Positions 39,460-53,129 of a stretch of DNA of 64,000 nucleotides are shown here, piece after piece; positions within the stretch are counted from its first letter, which is position 1, and each line of letters opens with the position of its first letter. The stretch is taken from the NCBI GenBank assembly GCA_013265495.1, contig MU058221.1, positions 1,860,001-1,924,000 on the forward strand, given 5' to 3'. Below the pieces are notes generated by a model. The model searched no databases. It had not been told where the DNA came from and was given only the letters and a program-made list of their open reading frames with translations. This DNA is from Vicugna vicugna (Eukaryota). The translations under genes were made by a program, and so were the position numbers.

Positions 39460-39985
39460 CTTAAGTCGTTGTCCCGAGAGGACTCCATCAGGGCCTTCTT
39501 TCCCACATGCACATGCTGCCTCTCATGTCAGAAGCAGAGACAAATTCCATTAGCCCTGAATCAAGGGTGGCCTGAGTGGTTTGCTTGATCAGTAAACACA
39601 GTGGGTGTTCTGGGACTCCTAAGTGTGGCTAACAAGAGGTCTCGTGGCTCCTTCTGGAGCCCCTTGGACCACTTACTTGTCACACTCCATCTAGGCACCT
39701 GGGTGGCATGCTGGGAGAGGCTCAAACCACCCAGAGAGACAGTGTGCTCTGGAGCTCAGCCCTAGCCGAACTTTTAGCCCTCAGCCAGCATCACGTGAGT
39801 TGACCATCTTGGACGGTCTACCCATTTGGACCTTCAGAAGACTCCAGCCCCAGCCACCCTCTCATGACAACTGCATGGACAAACCCTGAGTGAGAACTAA
39901 CCAGCTGGGCTCAGTTAACCCAGAAAACCATGAGATGATGATAAGCGGCTAATATGTCACCACGTTTGGGGGATAAATTGAAATA
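39460..39985 (+). mobile_element. MLT1-like MaLR LTR
   Basis: gccctgaatcaagggtggcctg...actccagccccagcc...ctgagtgagaactaaccagctgggctcagttaacccaga. Confidence 0.65.
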
Positions 39986-40446
39986 AAGGACTAAATGTGG
40001 TTTGAATGTTAACTAAATGACGAGTTGAAAACAAGAGCAAAATCCTCATTTAACTGAGTGTCTACCAAGATTGCTAGGCCAGTAAACGATAGCATGTATC
40101 AATGTAGACATTGCTCATTTGCAACAATTAGGTCCTTCAGAACCGTGTTGGATTCCACTACAGTGTTTGCATAATCACTTGTGATATCTTTACTGGCTGC
40201 TGCTTCTCAAACAACAACTCCTTGCAAGTCGTTGTATTCCTCTAATGTTCTTTCTCTGAGCCTGCACTCGTGTTATTGTTTTCATTACGTTCTTGTCCCT
40301 CCTCAGAAAATCTCTCCCTTTTCTTCTCCCACCAGTTTTTGGCCTCCATTTTCTTGTTTCAGTTCTGGTTATTATCTACCGTTCAAGCTTCCGTCATTCG
40401 ACTGAAATTCCACGCCCCAATTTATCTGTGACACTTTAGTGAAGGT

Positions 40447-40486
40447 GGGGAGGGTATGGCTCAGTGGTAGAGCACATGCCTAGCAT
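40447..40486 (+). mobile_element. Truncated head of a tRNA-derived SINE
   Basis: ggggagggtatggctcagtggtagagcacatgcctagcat (A-box), same head as the copies at ~54.1 and ~62.3 kb. Confidence 0.75.
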
Positions 40487-41252
40487 AACGCTTCAGTTGC
40501 TAATCTAATTGGCCTTTCCTCTGTGTGCCTCTCCACTTTGTCTCTGTAGCATGTAACCGAGTTGGCAGCTTCTTTATTCTTTATTCTCTCCTTTTTTGAC
40601 TTCCATGGTTCCTTGGGGCCCCTCTGCATTGTTCTGACTGGTTCTATTCCATTTTGTGCTCTGTCTCCTACTGCCCCCTTAAATGTTAGCATGACTTCAC
40701 GGTCTCCCTCTTTCTCTTATTCTCAGTCTGCTCTCTTTCCTGTTACTCGTTCTCATGATTTCCTTTATAAGAATCATGTTCCAGCTGAGATCATCTCCTG
40801 TCCACTTTCCTGATCTTTAGGCACAAAATATGTCCTGAAGTTACATTTGACCACAAAAGATGAAGCCCTGTTATATGGTATTAATATGGTATAATTACCA
40901 TCAAGACCCTGGGATGCCTGACTCTCTTTTTCATCTTAACCATCCTTCCTCTCCACAATTTCATAGGTTAAAGATATGTTTATACAGGAGTAATGGCAAA
41001 TGAGAAATAAGACATCACTTATTATGATCTCTCCTTGTACCCAGAGACAGTGCAGTGCTTTCTGATAAAAAAGGCTTAGGGCTAAGGTCTAAGGAAACAC
41101 TAAATTTTAACATCCATCGATACCACCCATAAACAACGTTTTGTTTTGTTTTATTACAGAAGAGAAAATGTAAGACAGCTACATCTACTCCAAGGAGATA
41201 GACCCTGACTCATTTTGTCCCTTCTGTTGCATGAATGAAAAGAAATGCCAGA

Positions 41253-41430
41253 AGCACAGGGAATTATATTCAATATCCTGTAACAACCTTAATGAAAAAG
41301 AATATGAAAATGAATACATATTTGTATATGCAGGATGGGGGTACTGTGCTGTGCACCAGAAATTGATACACTGTAACTGACAGTACTTCAAAAAAATTTT
41401 TTTTAAAAAGAAATTTGCAAAAAAAGAAAA
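41253..41430 (+). mobile_element. Very short lineage-specific L1 3' end with perfect 16-bp TSD
   Basis: TSD gaaaagaaatgccaga at 41237-41252 and 41431-41446; body matches the tail of the L1 at 14714. Confidence 0.92.
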
Positions 41431-44099
41431 GAAAAGAAATGCCAGAGAATTAGAGGAAGAAAGGAAAACAGAGTGAGGCATGCCTACTTTTATGGACTTC
41501 TGAGGCACTGTGACCTAGTTTATAAGTAACTATAGCAAAATCATTATTCTGTCGTCTGACCCAACTAGGTCCCTTTACCCAGAAGTGGGGGCATGTGGAG
41601 AGTGGGCAAGAGTAAGAAAGCAAGATCTTTTCCTGCCTCCTGGTCTCAGTTTCCTCTGCAGGGAATGCCCAGGCCTGCCCATCTCAGCAAGATCACAAGT
41701 TTCATTTTATGTCTTCACCCCTGCTCTGTACTCTGCCGTTCGCTTGCTCAGTATTCTAGGACTGGAGCCCAGCTCACTCATCTGGTGGCCTAGTTCTCGC
41801 CAATTTCATCAATAAAATATGCTCTGTCTTGTCTCCAACATTTCCAACGATTCTTGGAGAGACATACCTTGACATTCCCACATGTCAGTACCGCTCTGAC
41901 TAACCACATATGGTACATATACTTCTCACAACTTCTTGCTCTCTTACCCCTCCTATAGAATCAGAATTCAGGCTTGCATGAAAATGCCAAAATTCGGCAA
42001 ATTGACTGATCTTGTGCACTGAAACCCTCGTTTATCTTTGCTGTAGGTAATTCTGTGTCTGGGTCGCGCTTTTGACTCTTCTCTGGAGAGCGGGGCTCTG
42101 CGACACCTCCGTAGCCACCTGTCATCAGATGCCTCATGTCCAATCCTGAGTCAGTGTGAGTCAGCCGGCCTGTGGGGACTCCCAGCAAAGAGCTTTTACC
42201 TTAAACTGCGTCAATATGTTACCTGTTTAATATTTTGAGATTTCAGTCTCTCCCACTCTCTACAATTTCTGCTGAAAACAGGACCATCCACATTCAGACA
42301 GCTAAGCAATGAAGGATCTATTGTCATATAGAAGGGCTATCACAACAAAATACAGGAGGAGGGAAAGACTACGACCTTTGGTTATTGGTATTATTGATAT
42401 GCGAAGATTTAAAATTTTGGAGCTTCTTACACTTGGGCCTTAGACTTTTTTAAAGTTCACGTCAGAAATAATACATTTTGAAAAAGACGTATCTGTTCAA
42501 TGTCTTTTATATTTCTGTAGGTCTTGAGAAAGGAGAAAAAGATGACAGGAGAACCAAGCAGATAAGGGAGTCCTTTAAGAGCAGGGGTTGGGGATGCGCT
42601 TCCCAGCAGAGTCCAGGAGAAAATAACTCCTGTGTACCCCAATGCCCCAGTATGACAGGAGGACAGAGTGGTAGAAATGGGTGTATGAATTACCATGGCA
42701 CATAGAACTTCTGTAAAACTGTACATAATTATTATTTCAGAGAGAGATTCCCACCAAAGCACAGAAATAGGTGACGAAATTCCCAAAAGTGATAAAGGCA
42801 GTAGAAGAGATGTGGCAAAAATTTGGAGTTCACTAGCTCATCTTTCAGTAACATTTGTTATGTGCCTGGTCTGTGCGCAGGTCATAACTTCGCTTCTCCT
42901 AAGTCTATTATTTTATTCCAATTAGTATGAGTTTTATTTGTAGTTCAATTTGCTGTTTTGAACCCCATGACAAAACGACTATGAAGAGGGATCGGTGTGA
43001 CAATCTGGACCATAGAAGAATTGTTCTGGTGTTCACCATTCCAGGTCTCATATGCATCTGACATCCTCGGTTGTTAGTAATCAGGTAATTTGAACAGTAT
43101 GTGCCATCTTTTTTGGGAAAACATCTTCGAAAACCAAGAAGATTTAGATTTGTGTAGCCATAGGTAACAGAATTCAAGTGTTAGAAACAGAAATTATATT
43201 AAGCAAAAAAGGGATTTATTCCTAGGAATTGAGACTTTACACCTCTTAGGTTTCATTGTCAGTGAGCAATAATGTTTTGAAAGGAATATTTGTTTTTGAG
43301 GAGTAGGTCACAAGAGGAAGGAACCTTCTCATCAAAATCTCGAGTCCCAGAGTTTATCATAAATCCAAAGTTCTGGCAATGCCAGCCACAGGACTGCACG
43401 GATGGAGCCTGCGGGAGCTGAAGGGCGGCCGTTTCTTTAAGTGAGTATGAGTTCTCCCTTTCAGCACAGCCCTCAACACCTCTTTGTTTCCCCCGAACCT
43501 TGGCTGGGTGTCAGGTGCTAGTTGCCGTCTATCATCTTGCATTTCCTGCTTTGTTGATCCAGTTCCCCCCCCGGCTTTTGGCCGTGTGTCCTGAGCGCTG
43601 GGCTCATCGCATTGCTCTATCGGTTGCCACGTTGACGCTGACCCACTGTTCTTAGCTTTTGTTCAGCTGCTGCCACGTTCTATATTACCCGTCATCCAGA
43701 CTCACCAAATGGTTAGTAGTCCTCTGTCTCTCCGGTTGTCTGTTCTGCACAGAATGATGTCACATCAGATGATGTCAACCAAACTTTGCTTGACTTTAGA
43801 TTTCTCAATGCCTTGTAAACTCACTCCCCTCAATGTCACAGAGCTAACCTAGACACACCCATGGCCTCTGATTCTTCTGTCACTGAAGTGGCATTAGGCT
43901 ATGTTCCACTAGAAGACCCCACACTAAGTAAGGGAATGTTGGTATTCCAAATACTATTTAGTCTGCCTACAGTTCCTCGTCCTTATCTTTGGCAAAGGAC
44001 CACTTTACTTTCAGTTTCATCTCAGGAAGCATCTCCTCCAGGAAGTACACTCTGTAATAATCTGTATTTGCACGACATCCAGTTCTTAGCCTTGTATAT

Positions 44100-44530
44100 C
44101 ACTGTCAGGGCGAATTTGGATACAAGTAACAGAAAACCCACTCCAAACCTTCTTAAAGAATAAAGTAATGTATTGGCTTATACAAAACTACAGAGTGGGA
44201 AGTTTCCTTCAGTGGCCCTAGTTTTTTTTTGTTGTTGTTATTTTTGTACTTTCGATCATTAAACTATGCTCCCTTTTTCTTTGACTTTGTCCTAAGGAGG
44301 TACTCCTCGTAGGGGCAAAATAGCCATAACAATTTCTGGTTTCACCTTCATCTACCATCACATCCATGAGAAGAAAACTAACACTTGAAAGTTAGAAAAA
44401 AATTTCCCCCAAATATCCAGCAAACCTCCACTTGTTCTCAAAGCTTGAATTGAGACACATGATCTTTTTTTTTTTTAATTTTTGTGGCTAGCAGAAAGCT
44501 ACATCTTTGTTATTACACCTAAGGACTTAA
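44100..44530 (-). mobile_element. Old MLT1-like LTR
   Basis: tacaagtaacagaaaacccactccaaac...aatgtattggcttata. Confidence 0.5.
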
Positions 44531-45267
44531 ATCAATTGCTGTGGGAAGAGAGTAGAAATTACTCTTCTTTCGGTGATGACTACCTGGAGTTTGGGATGAA
44601 GATCACAGGTAGCGTATGGGCAGGGATGGAGCCCTGAATGAAAAGAGTCAGTGCTGTTAGGAAGAGAGAAGGGAAGACTGATAAACAGTAAGCACTCAGC
44701 AATATTAAAAACAACCCAATGTTTAACCACGAAATGTTCCCACATACCCTTCCTTCCATATGTACACTTGCAAGAGTGTACATGCCCAAAGAGAACAACT
44801 TGAAAATTCACCTGTTCTCTTGCCTTACGTTCAGATGTAGCTTTTCGTGGCTTGCTGATAGCATCCATTCCAGCATACTGTGGTGGGAAGGGAACTGGAC
44901 GTCATTATTAAAACAAACAATGAAAACAACAAAAAAATGAAACAAAATAAAGCTCTATTGAAAAAAGGGAATGGGTGGGGTAAGAAACACTGGTGCCACA
45001 GGCTGACAGCAGACATCATGTGCTCTTTGACAGGAACAAGTGTCTCATGACCAGCAAGGGACGTGGGACCCCTGGTCAGGCAAAGTGACAGCACCTAGCT
45101 CCACCGGGGATGGGCTTCCTTTGCCCATTTTCCTCCTGAGGCATATTTGAAATGGACCTGGAAGAAAATGTCCTTTGTAATGACGGCGTGGTGTTTGCAG
45201 TCCCAGGTGATACAAATTTGTGGATCTGGAGATTATTCTGGTTTCAAAAAATTAAGGATTGCTTTTA

Positions 45268-45484
45268 ATAGATACACTTTGCTACATATAAAATAGATAA
45301 ACCACAAGGACCTACTGTATAGCACAGGGAACTACATTCAAAGTTTTGAATGAACTATAATGGAAAAGAGTCTGAAGAAAAAATGTACATGTATGTATAT
45401 GTATAACTGAATCACTTTGTTGTACACATGAAACTAGCATCATAAATTGACTGCCCATAAATAAAAATATAAGAATTAAATTTA
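45268..45484 (+). mobile_element. Artiodactyl-type L1 3' end
   Basis: aaaatagataaaccacaaggacctactgtatagcacagggaac...aactgaatcacttt; degraded TSD aaggattgctttta (45254-45267) / aaagactggtttta (45485-45498). Confidence 0.85.
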
Positions 45485-46569
45485 AAAGACTGGTTTTAGC
45501 TTGGCTTGGAATTTCTTTAGCAGCACAGTTCCCTTAAAAAGTTAGTAATTTTCCATCTTGCAAATTCTTGCAAGCAAGGTAACTACACACAGTAATTTAC
45601 TGGGTCAAAGTCTGATTCTGAACATTTCATTATCTTAGAAGCAGGCCTGTGTGCAATGCCCTTTCCCTTGGAAATTGAATGACACTTTCATCTTGGCCTC
45701 CGTCTCACAGCAATTTACAAAGTAAACCTCAGGTGAAAGGGCACCAAAGCTTCCACAATTACCCCAGATTAAACTCCCACCTGCACCTTCACAATGACAT
45801 GATTAACCGCTTCATCAGTTGAAAATGCTCAGCAGAATTTGCTTGAGAGGGGTGTGAGGAGCTAGGCTCATCTTGTCTCAATCTCGTCACCTCCTAGATC
45901 TCCCACCATCCTACTCTGTTATTCTGTTAGCAAAAACCTTAGCTTGGGGGTGGAGACTTGGCATTCCCAGCCTTATCATGCTCCAGACTAAGTGGCTTTG
46001 AAATAGTTCTGCTTTTAGTATACAGGCAGAAAAGGATGGAATTTTCTTCCATTCTTCCTCGTCTCTATTTTCAGAAAGTTCAATTTAAAGTAAGCCAGTA
46101 TCTATCTGGTAGACTTCACTGGAGGCTGGATTACCCAATACAGCTTGAAATTCCGATTTTTTTTTTTTGCCTCAATCACCTTATATTTCACCCTCTGTGA
46201 GTAGATGGTCTTTTCCTAAGGTAGAAGAAGTATCATTTTAGTCAACTTGTTTCTATAATTGCATAACTAATATCACCAACTTCCTAGTCCGAGAGAGGGA
46301 GATTTTTGTTCATTGACCTCTTACCTTGATTCAGCATCATACACTTGGTACCAAATTTTGCATCAGTCAGAATCACCGTAGCTGCAAGTAACAGAAAATT
46401 CAGGTCAAGGTATCTTAAATCACCACACAAAGAAATCAGATCATGTAACTCCAAGTCCAGAGGCAGGATGGACCTCACAAAGCCAGCATGTCTTGCCTAG
46501 ACTGATACGTCATCCTGCCACCTCGTGTCTGTGCTTCGGAGCGGGTCCCCTAAGTCAATTATCTGTTTA

Positions 46570-47460
46570 GTACTTACAAGGGGACCTCCTGAAAATAAAA
46601 GTCAGGTTCTGTCACTCCCCTGACCGAAACGCTTCAGGGGCTTCCCATCAAAATTAGAATAAAATCCTTAATCCTTTCCATAGCCTCGGGTGCTCTGTGT
46701 CATACGGCCTCTCTAGACCTCTCCAGCTCTGTCTCCTGTTGCCTTTTTTCTGACTCACTCCACTCCTGCCATACACAATTCCATCTCTATGCTCTTTCGA
46801 CGTGACAAGTGTGTCCCTACCTTAGGACCTTGGCATCTGCTACATCTTATGCCCAAAATGACTTGCAAGCATTGTATGGTGAGGGTTCTCCAGAGAAATA
46901 GGACCAATAGGAGATATAAATATTATAGAGCATTGGCTCACACAATTTTGGTGGCTAGCAAGTCCAAAATCTGTAGTGTGAGGCAGCCAACAATCTGTTG
47001 GAGAATTTCTTCTTTCTCTGGGAAGCTGTTCTTTTTATTCTATTCATGTCTTCATTTGATAGGATGAGGCCCCCACACATGATGAAGGGCAATATTTTCT
47101 ACTCAGAGTTCACCAGTTTTAATGTTAATCTCATCCTACAGCACCTTTCATGCTGATACATAACGTTAACCATCACACTTAACAGACTTTTTCAGATCTG
47201 CGGTCATCCATCACCTTCTCAGACAGAAATTCCCTGATGCTCCCATTAAGAGCCTCTGCCAATCCCTGTTTCTCTCCGTCACTTTACCACACTTTATTTT
47301 TCTCCATGGCTTTCATCAACACTGAAACGTGTACCACGTATTCATTCCTTATGTGCTTTCCACCGATCTCCATTTCTAGACTGTCAATATTATTCTTATT
47401 TGTCACAGTTTCCAGGCAATACAGACAATGGGTCCTATGTAATAGATGCGTAACAAACTT
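46570..47460 (+). mobile_element. L2 fragment interrupted by an MLT2 LTR
   Basis: tcactcccctg...ggcttcccatc...tagaataaaatcc motifs on the left and L2 3'-like sequence on the right. Confidence 0.6.
46873..47177 (-). mobile_element. MLT2 (ERVL) solo LTR, internally deleted
   Basis: tgtatggtgagggttctccagagaaataggaccaatagga...gctgatacataacgttaaccatcaca. Confidence 0.8.
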
Positions 47461-47799
47461 GAGTTCGATTTTTACATTCATGAGGACAAACCAGTCTTCC
47501 TTACCCAAAAGATGACTTATACACAGAAATAATTGTAAGACTTTTCTAAATCATATTGGTTGCACAGTGTAGTGATAATTATTCAAGCTAATAATGGATT
47601 CATTATACTATTCCTCTTATTTTGCATATTTTTGGACATACCCACAATAAAATGAAAGAAAATGAGTTTTGGGGTGGCTGTCCTTTGTTCTCTGGGGTTG
47701 ACGTTACAAAAAGCCAACTTTGAAATAAGCTCCCTGAGTTCAGTAGAAATGATGGGACCCTTGAGTGGCAGAAGCCAAGAGACACCTTGTGTACCTTGA

Positions 47800-48940
47800 T
47801 GCTGCGTGATGGTCTAGTCTGTGGATGTCACCCAGACACGAACTTTCCAGCCTCTCCAATGTTTAATCAATGGGCTTGTTTGCAAAGTAGCAGAGAGGTT
47901 TTGCAAGGGCTCAACGATATGGCCTTTCTTTTACAAAGATATCCCTGCTGAGTGCCCAGGAGTTTTTATACAGGGTCAGACTTAGACCCTGAAATGGCGT
48001 CATTCCTTAGAGAGACCAGCCAACTACCTGGTACCAGATTGATTCTTTGGACTTCTTCCAGCTTGAAAGGGTAAATGACTTTGTCCTCAGTGGAGCAGAA
48101 ACTTATTCTCGATATTGGATCTGCTTCTCCAGCTTCCAATGCCTCTTTCAGCACCAATATCAGGAGACTTTTGGAGTGCCTAACTCCCCATCGAGATAGT
48201 CCATACAATATTGCTTCTGACCAAAGAACTTATTTCAAAGCAAAAGGAAGCCAGCTATGGGGTCATAAAATTCACTGATTTTACCATATACTTCTTGGCT
48301 CAGAAGCAGCTGCCTTAACAGAAAAACAGAGTGTCTTGCTGGATTATTGGATATACGGTGCCAGATGAGAGAGAATAATTTTTACATTGGGGTATTTTCC
48401 TACACCGTGTAGTATCAGCTTCTACTGGACACCACATATACAATTGTTTTACTTTTAATCCATCAATTAAGAAGGGAAGTGGACCTCACTATTTGCCCGT
48501 ACACACAACTTTGAGTTCTGTTGGTTTGAGATCTTAATTCCATAATGAAAATTGTCTTAACCAGGGACGTAATTCTTTCAATGGAATGGAAGTGAAGCCT
48601 GGCACCTGGAATACTGGGCTACTGTGATCTATGGCGTGATCACCAAGGAGATGTTGAGGTCCCCCCTCTAGAGGAGACAGGCAGATTATGTCTGGAACCA
48701 GGGCGGTTTCCGCCTTAATACTTAAGTATCCAGTAGAAAAGTTAATGGGAGTGTACACAGCCCAAAGAGACAGCTCCGCTAAAAACACAGACCCTCAGGA
48801 ATGAAACTTTGACTCACCGTCACCAGGCGAAGGAGCATATTAGCTGAGATGCTGGCTGCAGGCAAAGTAAACATGGAATGGGCAGTAGGTAAAAGAAGGC
48901 ACTCGTTATGTGAGTTCGAAAGCGCAGCCTACACGTGCAT
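47800..48940 (+). mobile_element. ERVL-class endogenous retrovirus pol (integrase) relic
   Basis: Frameshifted translations DQPTTWYQIDSLG, SNASFSTNIRRLLECLTPHRDSPYNIASDQRTYF and AEMLAAGKVNMEWAV resemble the ERVL integrase core (DQPATWWQVDYIGP...IASDQGTHF) and C-terminus. Confidence 0.85.
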
Positions 48941-51900
48941 ACTTTTCAAAGTTAACTGATTTCCTTATTCTCTCCCTTTTAATGATGGAGTAATGATCGT
49001 GTCTAAATTTACGACTAAATTTGAATTTAATATTTAATATTTAGGGAACAGACTATCCAAGTGGACTTGCGACTCTGAATGAAAGCTCACAAATCAGTTT
49101 GTAAGTGGTAGGACTTTGTGTTTTCCATTTTTAGGGAACAGGAGAGCATATCCCTCATTATGCAAAGAGTAGTTGCATCTCGATAAGGAGAAGCACCGCG
49201 TGATTGTCATTTTCTTCTTTTTCTTTTTTTTTTTTTTTTCAGTTTTGATAAAACAACCTCTTCCCTGACTGTCCCTACTCCGGCAATAGCAGTTGCTACC
49301 TGAAGTCGCTAAATCTTTGGTTTACTTCATTTTTTTTTTTCTACCACTATCTCAATCTTTCCGACACCAGTGTAATCAATTCCCTGAGTTAAATAATCTC
49401 TGTTTGAACTATCTTTAGTGGTTTATTTTTCCTTCCTATACCTAAAAAGACTGTCATTTCCTTACTTTACACCCATATGCCACTTAAAACCCAAAGAACC
49501 GTAGACATTTCTTCTTTTGACTCTCCTGAAAGGAAAGTTATTTCTTGAAAGCCACTGGAAACTTCCTTTTGGTCCCATATGCACAAGTTCCGTCATGGGT
49601 TAGCTCCCAAATCAGACTCGATGGTCAGAGAATGAAATGGGACACTAAGCTTAGTCGTGGACTTTTGAACTGATGTCAGTGACAAGGTCAGCGGGATTTC
49701 CCCGCTGGTCTCGGAGCCAGAGGTGAGGTTAACCTCAGCCTAAAGCACGTGGGCTGCACGGCGGAGGGGTACAGAGCTGTGGCAATGGAAGCAGACTGGG
49801 GTGGTACCAGGCAACCACCAAGCGTGTGCTCCGTAAGCTCTCATTCCATTATGCCGCACTCACCTCGTTGTCAGGTTGCTTCGTTAAACTACGAGACCAT
49901 TGATGGCTCAAAGTGGGTCTTTCATCTAAAAACTCTACATTGAGAACTGTGACTGTCTCTTCACAGGCACGTGTCAAAAGGTCCTTGAATGGGTGAATAA
50001 ATCAATGTGCCGAAGCTTTCGAATATTTGTTTTGTACAAAGATGAGTCTGAACCTTCAGTCAGAACATCATAATAATACACCATTCAAACAGGCACTTGG
50101 AACAACAGCATTTGTAGAATTGGAGGTCTGCTCGTTCACTGGCCTTTATTGTTCTGATTGGCAGGGAACTTTTTCAGACAAAATAGGAAAAGTCACGTGT
50201 GCATGGGTGAGTGTGTTGGCATATTGAATAAGGTCTGCAGACTTTCCTCAGACAGTTTAAATATTCTGTTTGATGGAGTATTTGTCATTTTATTTCTAAA
50301 TTCCTAAAGCTCCTTTATAACATATTTTGGTGCATGTGTTACAAGTTAAAAAAAGAAATGAATCTGCTGCAGCCACCTTATCACTGAGCTAAGAACTTGG
50401 TGTTTTGAATTGTAGAAAGGAGATTTTTTTTTTCCCTCCCATCAGTGGGGAGGGAGCAGAGCTTGTGAAGAGCATTGTGGGCCATGGAGTAAGACTGCAT
50501 GGACGAAAAACTCACTTCCACCGCCTACCAACTCAATGACCTGGTGCAAGAATTCCACCCAGAGCCTTAAACATATGAGGCACCTTTCAAGTCACAGTCG
50601 GGGGGGCAGTGCTTATTTAAAACATCCTGTGTTGCTGACTCCTCATTGGAAAAGTGTGGATAATATTAGTGATCTCCTCATAAGTCGACATGTGGAAAGT
50701 CCTCAACACAGCCCTCAGCGTGAGCACCGTCTGTAAGGGGTATTGTCCCGCATCATCAAACTACACTTGGAAATCAAAAGGGGAAAGAGAAGTGAAGTCA
50801 GAGAATCCTGCTCCAGCATGGTTCCCTCTGTGGCAATTAGGATTGTCTGCCACATATTCAGCTCCGTTGTCTTTGCAGGCTCGCGGTACTTTTGCACTAC
50901 AGAGTCCCTTGCAGTTGCGTGGGTAATGGGACAAGTCTGGGTCCGATGCACAAGTTATTCTTGGGTCAGACTTGCTTTCTTTCCCAGTGTAATGATGCTG
51001 AATTAGAATCCAGGTAGTGGTTGTGCAGTCAGCTTGGGTCTCAAAAGGACAATTACACAAAACAGAGCTATCACATGGCCCTCCGAGGGTTATTTGTTAC
51101 CTCAGCAGAACCTAGTCCAGACGATTCATACAGTGGGTTGACCAGCTCCATGATTATGGGGGGGAAGCACATTGAGTCTGTTTCTCCATCTGCAAAACAT
51201 GGAAGCCGGAGAAGAAGGATTGTCACTGAAGTCTTTTTGAGTTTTAAAATTATATGTTCCTTGATAAGAATAAAAATGGCATTGATGATCAGACTTTTTA
51301 AAATCAAGGAAGAACAGAAATAAGCTCATTAAGAAGCCATAAGAGTCAAAGAACCACAGAGCGAGGCGAAACCTAAGGTCAGCTTTTCCCGACGTGTATT
51401 TCTCAGAACCTCTAATCACAAGAGATGCTTTGGGTCAGGGTTCCCTGATCAAGTAAGTATGGGAAACACTACATATGATATCTTTCTCCTAAGTGACCTT
51501 CATGCCCATTATCATATCCTAAGGATTCACAGAGGAAACCTTAAAAGTGCATTTTACCCAGCATCTGCCAATAAAATATAACTGTGGAGATCACTTTAAA
51601 ATAGCTTCCCAAGGCTGTGCTGGGCAGCGACACTTTTGGTTCGTGCTGGAAGCTTCCCCACGCTGTTCCTCAAGGTCTTCTTGGTGTTTCTCCTCCTGTA
51701 CAAGATCACCGGAGTGGGCACATGAACCGGGGGGTCCCACTCCTCTGGTCACAGTCATTGGTTCATAGATGAACACAAGGCCGATCAGAGCTTTCGCCAC
51801 GATTAATATTTTTGATGAGCCCCCCTGAGTCACAGTCTGGACTTCGCAGATACGTGAGCCAGAATTTCCCTTTGGCTCAAACTAGTTGAAGTTGGATTGC

Positions 51901-52490
51901 AGTCATTTGCTGTTGAAAGAATTCAGACTGAGACTCTTCCTCCTTAGAACAGAATTTAGAAAAATGCTCTTGCAGGGCAACAGTGGACAGTAAGATGAGA
52001 CAATTTTTGAAACTTATTAAGCAGTTTCCACAGCTTTCTCTAAGGGAACGTGGGTCTGTTACAGAATCTGAAGATGGGAGTGATGTGTTTCGTTTAAGAC
52101 TTATTACAGGCTATTTTTTTTCCTTTTAAATGATCATTTGGAAATAAAAGATGATGGAAACAGATCCAAAGTGGTCAAAATGTACCAAGGAGTAGTTTTA
52201 TTTTAATGTCTGATTCATTTCCTCACTCATGTTAGGAATATTAATTAAAGAGCACATCTATTTATGGACAGTTATTTCTCACAACAAAGCCAGGAGCACA
52301 GATAAAAATGGCCATCGTTTTCGGACTGTGGAACTAAGCTTGATTGACATTAAGCAACTTTGCCCAACATCACAAACCAAAATGTGGTTATGGCTGCAAC
52401 TTACAGGTACTAGTAAGTGCCATCCAATGAAGTTTCTTTCTCTCTCTCTCTCTTTTTTTTTCTGCAGATAAAGTGGTTATAGAATCTTTC

Positions 52491-53129
52491 TGTATTAGTT
52501 TTCTATCTATTCTTTCTATTTCTATCAAATTCCTTAACAAATTCCCCCAAATTTAGCTACTTAAGACACATTCATCTCACATGTCTGCAGTTCCGAAGTG
52601 AAGAGAGGTAGCTGATTCCTCCGCTTAGAGTCTCGCAAGACCAATATCAAAGCTTTGGCAGGTCTGTGTTCCCTCCTGGAGGCCCTGGTGAACAGTGATT
52701 GATTTCTAGGTTTGCTCAGGTTGCTGGCAGAATTCATTTCCCTGGGGTTGTAGGACTGAGGTCTGTTTCGTTGCCAGCTGCTGTCCAGGGGTCATTCTCA
52801 GCTTCCAGAAGCTGCCCTCAGTTTCTGGTTGCCAGCCCCCTTCAAATCCAGCAAAGCCGTTCAAGTTACTTTCATGCTTGGAATCTCTCTGATGTTTCGG
52901 CCCCATCTCTCAGATGTACCTTTTGACTCTGGCCAAGGAAATGTCCACTTTTAAGAGCACATGTGATTATATGGAACTCATCCAAATAATCCTGGAACAT
53001 CTCCCGTTGTTAAATCCCCTGAACTTAATCATATCTGTAAAATTCCCTTTGCCATGTAATGTAACAGCTCACAGGTTCAAGGGAGTGGTGCGGGGAGATC
53101 TTCAGGGGTCCATCATTCTGCTTACCACA
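52491..53129 (-). mobile_element. MLT1D/E-like MaLR LTR
   Basis: tgtattagttttcta...ggttgctggcagaattcatttcc...catcattctgcttaccaca. Confidence 0.8.

Noticed and set aside
40447..40486. Possible tRNA gene
   Set aside because: Only an A-box-containing head matching the SINE; no B-box or cloverleaf
43245..43312. Possible Tigger fragment (tgagcaataatgttttgaaaggaat)
   Set aside because: Too short to call with confidence
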